Shown here in pieces: positions 35,398 through 46,625 of a DNA stretch of 64,000 nucleotides. The notes under the pieces are model-generated. The model ran no database searches and was not told where the DNA came from. It saw only the letters and a program-made list of their open reading frames with translations. Made by a program: the position numbers and the translations under genes. The DNA is from Podarcis filfolensis (taxonomy: Eukaryota), in assembly GCA_964270895.1 (NCBI GenBank), contig OZ185441.1; one strand, written 5' to 3'. How positions within the stretch are numbered: the stretch's first letter is position 1; every line of letters begins with the position of its first letter.

Positions 35398-35609
35398 CAG
35401 GAAGTCGAACAGAATCCGTTCCGGAAGTCTGTTTGACTTCCAAAACATTCAGAAACCAAAGCATGGCTTCTGATTGGCTGCAGGAAGCTGTGGAAGCCCT
35501 GCCAGACATTTGGGTTCCAAAAGAACGTTCGGAAACCGGAACAATCACTTCTGGGTTTGCAGTGTTTAGGAGCCAAAACCATGGCATTTGGGAATCCAAG
35601 GTACGACTG
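35398..35609. mobile_element. Tc1/mariner-type MITE (related to 18407-18638)
   Basis: TA-flanked, with shared internal motifs (aaccaaagcatggcttctgattggctgcagg). Confidence 0.65.
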
Positions 35610-36237
35610 TATATAGTATGGAAAAGAAGATGTAACTATAAAACTGAAAAAACATGAAAGTATTTTTTAAAAAGCTTTTAACCACAGTCCAAACTACATA
35701 CCTTTTTTGATAATTTTTTTTACAAAAGGGGTTTTTCGGGTGGGGTGCAGGAGATGCCTGCATAATTACCGTAATCATAACAGCAGTGGGGCTTCAGAAG
35801 GGAGTGATTAGCTCAATGCTGGCAGCAACAAAAAGCTTATAGCTGCCCCTGCCATCGTTTCAACTGGAAGACTGGATAATGATGGTTGTCTTCACTATGG
35901 TGTTGCTATACGGGTGTAATTCTGGATTGCATTACAGTGTTGCTGTAAACCTCTCTTTCTGCTTCGATTCTACCTCAAACGTGCATTACGTAGCATGCTC
36001 AATCTCTGAGCTGCTCTGGTGCACAATGCTCTTCCACCATTTGTTTGTTTTGGGGCAGGAAGGGAAAGGAGATTGTTAGCTGCTTTGAGACTCCTTAGGG
36101 TAGTGATAAAGCTGGATATCAAATCCAAACTACTACTACTACTCTTCTTCATCGCTACCAGAGAAATAATATGGATGGATTGCATGGACATTTTTTCATG
36201 GACATGACCATTTCAAAAAGTTTAAAAATCCAACATC

Positions 36238-36413
36238 TGGTGCTTTTTTTCTGGGGGAATGCAGGGGTATGCATACCCCTAAACATTTTGTGAATCCTTG
36301 TACTTTTGTCCATTTACTGTGTTTATTTTTCCTGATCTGAACTATAAAATGGTGATTTTCCTGAGTCAAAATGAGAGTACCCCTAAAGATTTTTTTTAAG
36401 AAAAAATGCACTG
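36238..36413. mobile_element. hAT-like MITE
   Basis: Ends ..gtgcttttttt / aaaaaatgcactg. Internal motifs tacccctaaa and aaaatgagagtacccc are shared, in inverted orientation, with 41162-41296. Confidence 0.6.
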
Positions 36414-36819
36414 TCAACATCACTTCATAGCATTTACACACTGCCTTCCACCATCAGCAACCAGAATCTTTCACACAACTGGGTCAGAAAGAGCATTATT
36501 TGGGCAACACACAATAGTTTCTTTACTACTATTTATAATTTCTGAGCAAATTAAATTCCTTGGAGGTTTTTAAGCAGATGTTAGATGGCCATCTGTCACG
36601 GATGCTTTAGCTGAGTTTCCTGCATTGCAGGGGGCTAGACCCTGGGGAATCCCTTCCAATTCTATAATTATATGACCATAAATTAAATCCAATCAACATC
36701 AGTCAGTAAACACAGTAACTGTGGAAAAACAAGATTTCTTATGGACAGATCGCACAATAATAAGTCAAAACCCAGTTTTCACGAATCCGGCTACCAACCT
36801 TCCCAACAAAACTGGCATT

Positions 36820-37260
36820 AAACAAGGAATCAAATTGCCGCCTCCCGCTTTTAGGCGTCGAACTCTCCTCCTCTAATCGCATCTGCGAGACCGGGAGGGA
36901 AATCCCTCCTCCGCGCCTTCCTCTCCGCCGCGCCAGCATTTCCGGGCGCATCTGCCGGAGCAAGACGCGCGTGCGTAAAAATGGCTGCGCCCGAGCAGGT
37001 GAGTGCCGCGCCTGAGCGCCTCTTGGCAACTAAGCGGAGACCCCTTCGCCTTTGCCAGAGCAAGACCCCGGTGCCCACCGGGGGCCAGGGGTGGCTGCCC
37101 GCCGGCCCTGCGGAGGCTTGCGCGAGCGGCGGCTGCCTTTTCCCTGCCCCGGAAGAGGCTCCGCCAGCCTCGCGTGCTGCTGGAGAAATGCGCCCCCAAA
37201 GAGGGAGGTAGTCGGAGAAAGGCGGGGTTGCCTCCGTGGCCTCTCGAGCCGCCGCTTGAT
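36820..37260. promoter_or_regulatory. WDR55 CpG-island promoter / exon 1 region
   Basis: CpG-rich. YY1-like AAAATGGCTGC at the start codon. Confidence 0.7.
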
Positions 37261-37807
37261 TTATTTATTTTTGCACTTACCGGTAATTTATTTATTATTA
37301 ATGTTGCAATACGTATATGAAATCTTTACATATTGATACATATACGTTATATTCGTAAATTCACATTTTCACATTTCATTATGTACCAACATTTATCCAT
37401 TTCTTATTTCTTGCCCTGTGTCTTCCCTCCACCCGTGGGTGACTTCCTTGTTATTATTTTGGAACTTTATTATTGAGATTGTAATCTTAATAATTTGTAT
37501 CTTAATAATTAAACATTCAGTCTTATATATCTGCTTAGCTTAGCTTAACTTAACTTTGTTGGAGCATCTTTTGGTCATGTATTCTTCTACACATTTCCAT
37601 TCCTGTTTGAGATTTTGATTAGATTGCATTCTAATTGTTGCCGTCATTTGTTGCTAATTCAATCATTTCAAAAAAATTATTTTGCCAATCTTTCAATGTT
37701 GGTACTTTAAGGGGAAGTCGCATACCTTGGGGGCGTGGGCTGAATCTGCAATGTAAAAGGTTCCTCGAGTCTCTTTTGGTGCCATGTGGATTGCAGCATG
37801 TGAGACT

Positions 37808-37863
<56 letters not shown>

Positions 37864-40800
37864 TTATACCCCGCCCTTCCCGGTTCAAAAAACCGGGCTC
37901 AGGGTGGCTAACAACAAATTTAAAACACTTAATTGTAAAAGCAACGTAAAACACAGTATAAAAACATGAGTAACAATAAAATTCAAAGTTCAGAAATCAA
38001 TTTAGGGGAAATCCATCTAATAAGCATTAGTCACCAGGGCTAGCTGGCTGAATTAGTCCTACTTGGGCCAGCAAGGAGGCCAGGGGAGAATTAGCTGTGG
38101 GGTCTCAGAGCGGGTAATCTTCATAAAAGGGGAGGGGGAGGGAAGGGAAGGGAAATAAAAGATCAGGCTGAATTCAAATTAAAGGCCAGGCGGAATAGCT
38201 CTGTCTTACAGGGCCGATGGAAGGAGGTTAAATCCTGAAGGGCTCTAGTCTCATGGGACAGAGCATTCCACCAGGTCGGAGCCATCACTGAAAAGGCCGT
38301 GGCCTTGGTGGAGGATAATCTGACTTCCTTAGGGCCTGGGACCTCTAAACTATGGTTATTCATGGACCTTAAGGTCCTCTGCAGGGCATACCAGGAGAGG
38401 CGGTCCCGTAAATATTTGTCTTGGAAGAGACAACACTTCATGCTAGGTAATTGTATTAAAAGTGTTCAATAAAAGTTTGTAATTTAAAAGAGAGAGGGTT
38501 TTTGCCCCCTAGCTGGTAACTCCCCCTCCCCTTTTTTTAAGGCGCCGGCGGCATATCAATACAGGACAGTACATATCCCATACCGCCCCCTCCTTTCCTG
38601 CCTCGCAGAATGCAGAATACACACATACACCAATTACAACGTTTCAGCACTGCAGGAGCAAAGCTGGGGGCAAGAGTGTTAGGTTCTGTGATGCCTCCCA
38701 TAGTCAGCTTTGCTAACTATGCAATGAGATGACTCACCAGCTTAATGTGAGAGGCATCGCAGAGGAGATGTAGGCATCAGCTGGTCAGGTGAGAATGTGG
38801 TGCACAAGAGAAATCTGGCTTTAAAAAATGCTTGGCAGGGTCAAGCCAGTGACGTTAGTTTTACTTGTCCAAATGCCCCATCTCTGGATGTTTGGATTCG
38901 AGACCCCATTTAATACTGCAGCTGTGGCATTCAGCATTTTGTGTGACCTTGATCTAAACTAGAGCAGGAACCTGGGATGTTTCCGTTAGTGAATGGATAA
39001 CAAGGTTCATGAATGTATGCCACAGATCAGGAAAGGTACTGCCAGGGCAGTTAAAGAGCAGAGTAGAGAAAGCTGTTTTCCTTCAGAAGACGGAAATCCT
39101 CTGCTTGAGGAGAAGAAAAAAGGAACACAAACTTTAGCTAAAGAAAATGCAAGCAGACAATAAGGGATTTTTAGAAAAATAATTGAAGGAGCATGTTGCT
39201 AAAAATAAAGATCATCAACAACAAAAATATTTGAATACATTATATGCAGGAAACAGGTAAGGGGGTGGTTGGAAATTTGGATAAGGAAGTCTCTGAATAC
39301 CAGTTGCTGAAAACTGTGAAGGAGGAGGGTGCAGTTGTGCTCAGGTCCTGCTTGAATGCGTCCTGTAGGGATCTAGTTGGCCACTCTAAAAACAGGCCTA
39401 GACAGGTTTTGGGACTGATCCAGTAGGACTTTTCCTATGTTCTTACGTGAGGTAGGTGGCTGTGCTGATTCAGACATGTATGGCAATCAGCTATTGCTGT
39501 ATAATTCATGATTGGCATGGACTGGACAATTCTAGCCTGACTCCAAAGGAAAGCACAAAGCAAAGGTAGTTGTTTTGGCCCATTATAAAAATTCCATAAT
39601 GCATAGTATAGCAATTTTGGTTGACCTAATAAAGGTGTTTGCCTATTATGTATTTTGGAATTGCACAAAAAACCAGAAAGTTCTATGTTGGTACATCAAG
39701 ACCCATCAGCGGTTGGTGAAGACCAGGCATGTCTAAACCAGTTCTGAATAGATCGACCAATATATAACATAGTGCCTATGATGGTGACCTCTGAAAGTTG
39801 AGGATTGTAGGGCCTCTGTGGAGTTCTGATTCTTCCCTTTTATTCCCCACCAAGGCATATTCAAGTGAGGAGGAAACAGAACCTGAGCCTAGACTTCGAG
39901 ACACTCCTGAAGACATTTCCCTTGAGGCAGCAGCAAACACCATTGCTTTCCACCCTTGTCGGGATGTCCTAGCTGCTGGAGACGTGGATGGTGATGTCTA
40001 TTTGTGAGTACAGCTTCTCTGAGAAAAGTACTGATGGCGTAACTGGGTGAGCCCTTAGGGGGTGATGTAAGAATGAAACCCAAAGAGTGCTCCCCCTTCC
40101 CATATCAGTAGTCCAGCAAGTCAGAGGACTTACATTGTCGGTTTGCACTATAGGGAAAACCTATCATGACCTAGTTGTCTGATGAATGAGAATCTCCTGC
40201 GTAAGAGAGCCTGGTGATGGAGCTGTTCTAGAGCCTTTTTCTACCCAACACCCCAGTTGCTGGCAGAAAATACATTCTGCAGCCAGATGAAGGTATGCCC
40301 AGAAAGCCTTGCAAATATTAATAATATTCCACTTGCAAGTTTTTGGTTCCTTCATCTGTTCATATCAAGGGGTCAGTTTGAGGGCTCATAAGCAGGGCAT
40401 GAAAGCAACAGCTTTCATGGCTGCAGAACTGGGGAGTTTCAAGACACAATCCTACAGATATCTAGCTTGTCCTTCCTTTCAAAAATAAAATAAAATAAGG
40501 TTGTTATCAATTTTTGTTGTGTACCATATCTTAGACTGAAATTCCCTTTTCTTCTTCCTCTTCTTCTTCATTGAAATTCCCTTTCAGCTCTTCTGCCAAT
40601 CTTCCTTCAGTACAATTTTCATCTTTAAATATAATTTTTCCAGTTGCTTTCAACAGGTTCTTTGATTATCCCTCCACCTTTTTCAATATTTCAGATATTC
40701 GTATTCCTGTTTGGAAGGTGGGAACAAGGAGCTTTGGTCTTCAGGACATCATTTAAAATCCTGCCGGGAAGTGTCCTTTTCCCATGATGGACAAAGTGAG

Positions 40801-42162
40801 TACTTCCCTCTTTGGGGCTCGTTTATTTCATGGTTCCTAATTATGCAGTGTCTTGGAGACGCCTTCACTAGAACAATGAGCTTCTTCTGCTTATCATCCT
40901 GGAGAAGGGGTGTTAAGACTGCAATCCCAGGCACACCTTTGTGGGATTAAGCCCCCTTGAACAGAATAGGATTTCTGAGTAAACCTGTATAAGTCTGTTT
41001 GAATCCCAGCAGGAGAAAAAGCTTAGAGTAAACTTCTTAAAAATGCATTATGGCGTGACAATTTACTAGATATTTATGTTGATCCCAAAATAGCAAGCAA
41101 GTATGTTGGCTGTTGATCACAGTAACAGGCAATGCAGTTTCATACTGGAGAACATTACATACAGTGCTTTTTTCTAAATAAAATGTTTAGGGGTACTCTC
41201 ATTTTCCTACTCATATAGAAATACTGACCCTCAATGAGGCCAATCTTAGATTCACAAAATGTTTAGGGATATGCGTACCCCCAGAAAAAATCACTGAATG
41301 TATACGTTAACAGATTCTTGAAGAATTATCTGTATGTCATTATTTGCAGATTAACATTTGTCTTCAATAAACTTCTGAATAACGCTGGGACAATGTCCTT
41401 TGAATATTTCTGGAAAGTCTAATCAAATAAACAGGACTGCTTTTATACTCTGTGGTGTAGCTGCTCATGGATTTCGATGTGAAGTTCTGGCTATTCTGTT
41501 TCAGAAGGGAGTCAGCAAATATTCCCTTTAAATTGCTGAGTATATCCAGTGATCTGTGTGTTCATCTCCATTTTCTAGAGCTCTTTACGGTGTCCAAAGA
41601 TAAATCCATTCATATTCTAAGTGTGGAGGAAGGTCGTCTCGTGACCAGGTTCTCCAAGGCTCACAAGTAAGCATTGGGGACTTCTTGATTGTTTGCTTTT
41701 ATAGGAGTGCACTTACTCCTTTTCCTCCAAGGAGCTCAAGGTGGTGTGCCTGGTTCTCCCCCTTCACATTTAATCCCCACAGCAACCCTGTGAGACAGAT
41801 TAGGCTGGGAGGACATGACTGGCCTTAGGTCACCCACAGAGTTTCAAGCCCTAGTGGGGATTTGAATCTTGGTCTCACTTCCTAGTTCTTCCATCAAGAT
41901 GGTACTTCCAGTAGCCAGCAGGAAATCCGCAAACCTTCCTTGCATAAGCATCCACAGGACTGGACTGCAAGGAAGGTTTGCGGATTTCCTGCTGGCTGCT
42001 AGAAGTACCATCTTGCAAGCGCAAAGGGTTGCTACACCTGCATCATTGCAAGCAGTCAGCCTCCTGTCATCAACCATCCTGTGGCCTTCATGGCATGTCA
42101 TTGCAGGGTGGTTGTGACCTAGAAAGCCCTACACAGCTTAGGTTCCGTGTGTGTGTGGTTAT

Positions 42163-42226
<64 letters not shown>

Positions 42227-42449
42227 GTGTATATATGTTGTTGTTGTTGTTTAGTCGTTTAGTCGTGTCCGACTCTTCGTGACCCCCTGGGCCAGAGCAC
42301 GCCAGGCACTCCTGTCTTCTACTGCCTCCCACAGTTTGGTCAAACTCATGCTGGTAGCTTCAAGAACACTGTCCCACCATCTCGTCCTCTGTCATCCCCT
42401 TCTCCTTGTACCTTGTCTTTCTCAACATCAGGGTCTTTTCCAAGGAGTT

Positions 42450-42530
<81 letters not shown>

Positions 42531-45048
42531 TATATAAAGTGTGTATATGTGTACTATATATAGAGTCTGTATATGTGTACTATATATTTATAGTACACAT
42601 TATATATAGTATATACACACTATAACCTTTCACCACCACTTGGGGGGCAAAGCAGGGCCAGAGATTGTGTGACCTGGGGAGAGTTCTGATGGCCAAACCA
42701 AGAAGCCTTAAGGGCTGCCTTTTGGCCCTAGGCCAGGTTGCCCACCGTTGCTTTAAACCCTGCCTGTACCTCTATTGTTATTCCCTTGTACACTTCATTC
42801 AGGGTGAGGAGGGAATACTGGGAGCAGGAAGTTGGAGAGCGTTGACCCCTTGAAGTTAATGGACATGACTGACAGGTTCACTATTTTCATCTGCAGCTGG
42901 GCCCTCATCATGGTTGACTACAACCCATGATTAGGGCCCAAGTGCAGATGAAGTAAGTCTTGACATCTTTTAGGGAGGAGAAATGAATTTTCTCTTGCTC
43001 GTGTGGCTCCCATGAGAGGAGTGTACGGGGAAAGAATTTTCTTCGTTCATAGGATCAGAAGAGCCTCTCTATCACGCCCCTCATTCTGCCCTTTAGCGCA
43101 GTTCCAGTTTGCTTGCCTTCTTCATGGTCCCTCTGTGGGGCTGTTGAGACCTTGCAGAGGTCTCTGAGAGGGAATAAGGCACTTGTGTAATATAGTGGCT
43201 ATCTGTAGCGTGGATTCTGCTGCTACAACTCTGGAATTTCCACAGTACTGCTCTGAACAGTCTGCTGGTGATAGATGAGCACTTGTTTGCCACAGGAGAT
43301 GACCGTGGGGAACTGAAAGTGTGGGATCTGCGCAAAGGCACCTCCATTATGGATATGAAACAGCATGAGGAATATATCAGTGACATGGCTGTCGATGGGA
43401 ACAAGAAACTGCTGCTCACCACCAGGTATTCCTGAATTCTCCAGTTTAAACAAAGGGATTAGTGGGCTTGATTTATTCTCCCTCGGTGGTGGTGGAGACG
43501 CTTTGACTGCAGTGGGCCACTGAAATGGATATCTATTGATATCCTGAAATGTACAGATGCTTCTGGGGGGCAGAACACCAAACTAACTGGAAACACTTGG
43601 AGCCGCAAGTGATTCTGCTGCCTTGGATGCTCCCGATAAGTAAATGATCACTGTGTTCCATTCTGTTTCTTGCAGCGGAGACGGAACTATGGGAGTCTTC
43701 AACATCAGGAGAAGGCGCTTTGAGCTGCTCTCAGAGCCTCAGAATGGAGACCTGTCAGCCGTCGCTTTGATGAAGGTCAGCCCTATTCCTCAGCGGCCCC
43801 TGAGGAGCCGCTGCTGCAGAACTGATAGGGACTGATAAGCTGAACATTTCTGGGAGCAGCGACTTAAAAACATGTTCTTGCCCCCAAAAGTATGCATTGA
43901 TGGGCAGCATAATATTCCTATTTCATTGGCATTTATTTGCTTTAGACCAAGACAGAAAAAGGCCTTTGGTGGGTATGTCTTATGGTTCTTAGCTGATGGT
44001 GAGGGGCAAGGCTTGCCAGCACCTTTAGGTGGGCACCATTGCCATTCTGAGAACGAGGGAGGTGTCCATGGTGAGTTCCAGCCCCCCTTTTTCTAGGAAA
44101 ATAGCACTGGTGAGGGGAATCATGACAGTGCTTTTTTAGGGTTAAACAGTATTTATTTCTTGTTTGCTGCTCAGAGAGGAAAGAAAGTGGCCTGTGGCTC
44201 CAGCGAGGGAACCATTTACCTCTTCAACTGGGATGGTTTTGGTGCTACTAGTGATCGGTTTGCACTGAAGGCGGAGTCCATTGACTGCATGGTTCCTGTA
44301 ACAGAGAGCATTGTGTGCACAGGCTGCACTGATGGAGTCATCAGGTGAGAGGGCATTGGGTTGTTTGTCAACCTGGGAACCACAGGCTTATCCTGAAACC
44401 TGTGAGTATAGGGCGATATACAAATTACAGTGCACATCTCTAGAGGATTGTTGTTAAGATTTGCATTCCCCCCCTTTTAAGCTTCATTCTTGCCCCGATT
44501 GTGGTTGGTTTATACAGCTTTGTATAGTTTGTTATGGTAGCATCTAATTGTTTTGCAATAATTATATTCCATAAAGCAATTAAACCTTTAAAAGGAATTT
44601 CGAGCCCTAGAAAGATTCCTTTCCCAACCCTCACCGGAGCATCTTAAAGTGCAGGTAGAATGAATTTCAGGAGCTGTTCTGGAGGAGCTGGCTTTTCCTT
44701 AATCAGGCCTTTTCCTGTTGTTTCAGGGCCGTGAACATCTTGCCCAATCGGGTGATTGGCAGTGTTGGGCAACATGTTGGGGAGCCTATTGAGCAGCTAG
44801 CCAAAAGCCATACTGGCCCATTTCTGGCCAGCTGCGCCCATGACCAGAAGGTGAAGTTCTGGGACATCTCTTCGCTTAACTCAGTCATTGTGGACGATTA
44901 CAGAAAGAAAAAGAAGAAAAGTGGGCAGCTGAAGTCTTTGAGTCTCAAGGCATTTGGTACCGGGGAGGATTTCTTTGCAGGCTTGAGAGAGGAGGCAGCA
45001 GAGCCAAAGGATGAAGACTCCAGTGGCACAGAAACGGATAGTGACTAA
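36981..45048 (+). CDS. WDR55: WD repeat-containing protein 55, 8 coding exons, about 375 aa
   Basis: Exons 36981-36998, 39855-40003, 40695-40795, 41579-41666, 43246-43425, 43676-43775, 44175-44344, 44727-45048. Total 1128 nt, in frame. Peptides [64 protein letters not shown] match human WDR55. Confidence 0.95.
37260..37760 (-). mobile_element. L1-clade LINE 3' fragment
   Basis: The reverse strand reads as an L1 ORF2 end ([14 protein letters not shown]-like) plus an AT-rich 3'UTR, with a T-rich tail at the left edge. No TSD identified. Confidence 0.6.
37810..38410 (-). mobile_element. L2-type LINE 3' end with (TAA)n tail
   Basis: (TAA)n at 37810-37863. Reverse ORF with [18 protein letters not shown]...KTELF, typical of an L2/CR1-group C-terminus. 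Confidence 0.75.
41162..41296. mobile_element. hAT-like MITE
   Basis: cagtgcttttttct...agaaaaaatcactg terminal inverted repeats. Confidence 0.65.
41690..41890 (-). mobile_element. MIR/Squam3-like SINE
   Basis: Same family as 10400-10590. Confidence 0.6.
42163..42222. repeat. Compound (TA)n(GA)n microsatellite
   Basis: Seen directly. A second compound (TG)n(TA)n lies at about 42450-42527. Confidence 0.95.
42237..42447 (-). mobile_element. Bov-B/RTE LINE 3' end
   Basis: ttgttgttgtttagtcgtttagtcgtgtccgactcttcgtgacccc...catctcgtcctctgtcatccccttctcctt...aacatcagggtcttttcca is the reverse-complement 3' end typical of Bov-B. Confidence 0.8.
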
Positions 45049-46625
45049 AATATGTGCACGGATCAGATGTGAGCAGCTCTCCCCCCTGAAGGGACCTTTA
45101 TAACCTAATACTGTTTGAAACTAATGTTTTTGCAGAGATTTGGGTGAACAAACAGCAGGATATTGGGCGAAGGTGTGGGAGCCTAATGAAATCCGTACTG
45201 CAGTCTTCTGGGTACTCCTGCAATCCAGTGAAACAAATATATGTTTCCCCAGCAAAGTCATGAGAAAGGCATGGCCTGGCTGCTACAAAAGGGGAAGGTG
45301 TAGATCTCAAGTTACCCAGGACAAAGCCTGTGCTTTCTGTTGGAAGAGGAGTATCTCATGGAATGAAAAGGCTAGAAAACAGGATTAATACTAGTGAGGA
45401 GGAAAGTTGTTGGTCTTGTATGTATGTACTGGTTTAACTGCTACTTTCAAAGGAGGGTGGCCAGACACAAAAAGGGGATAGGGCTCCTGTTCTCTGAAAC
45501 ACAGAACATGACACCACAGAAAATGTCGGCCTGTGGCTGATTGACCCCCAATGCCCTTTTTAATGTGCTGTGGGAAGGGGGATTATTGGTTTGCTGTCTT
45601 TATTATGTATTTTATGGATTTTATATTGTAATTTTATGTTGTGAACCGGAACTATGAAGGGCAGCATACAAATTTAATAAATAAAATAAACAAAACCCAG
45701 CTTAAATATCATCTTATCAGATTTCAGATGGAAAGGAGATTGCAACACTTATTTCTTTCAAAACAATTTTAATATTCAAGTGCCTAGGTTTCCAATGTTA
45801 CGTATTCATTCACTATTTTTGATGAACATTAAAAAGTCAAAGAATTTTAAGGGAGTCTGCCTGATCCTTTCCCTAAAATCTTCATACATCCCATTTGTTA
45901 TTCACTGGGAACTTTTTCTAGTGTTAAAAAGGCACCTGGTGTTCTGCTCTTAAGAGGCAAATGAAGGAATTCAGGGGAACACCATCCTGAATCCCCAGGA
46001 AGACATAATCAGTACAGGCGGGTTTCTTCCTAAAGAAAAAGGGTGGATTGTAGAGCAGCACACAAGGAACTTGTTACATACCAGCCTTGCGCATGAAAAA
46101 TTGTCCAATGCCCCACGCCTAAAGCTACAAAACCAATTCAAACTGTCACAAACAAGTGAGAAAGCTCTCCAAACTCTTAAATAAATACAAAGAAGAATAA
46201 AGTTTTCTATGTGTAAACAAAGAAGATAAGCAGCCCTAAATCTTGGTGTTGAAAGGTGCAGGAGTCATTCCTATAGTTTTACACAGTACTTGCTATGCTT
46301 GAGGGGCAGAAATAAAGTTGCAAATGAAAGATATGCCCCCAGCTTAAGATTGCCTGCCGAGAAATACGCATGCATTATTTCCCCAAACTGAAAAGGATAC
46401 TTAAATAACTAACCAAAAACAATTTAGTACTGAGATCTGCATGGACAACTTTTTTAAATCTAACAAGACTCCAAAAGCAGCAATGCTTCCTGCCAAAAAA
46501 CAAAACAAAACAAAAAAAAGACAAGATGTCAGGCACACTTTCTCTCCCCATGGATTTTATCCAAGCTGGTTTTAGTGGGCAAGGACAGGACACACAGACC
46601 TCTCCCGAACTTGAAGACTGTTCTC

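Noticed and set aside
36739-37336. Multiple overlapping ORFs around WDR55 exon 1
   Set aside because: CpG-island artefacts; the real coding exon is 18 nt, ending at CAG|GTGAGT.
45778-45783. GCACTT (miR-302/430-type seed match) in the DND1 3'UTR
   Set aside because: A single 6-mer without the m8 or A1 match; expected by chance.
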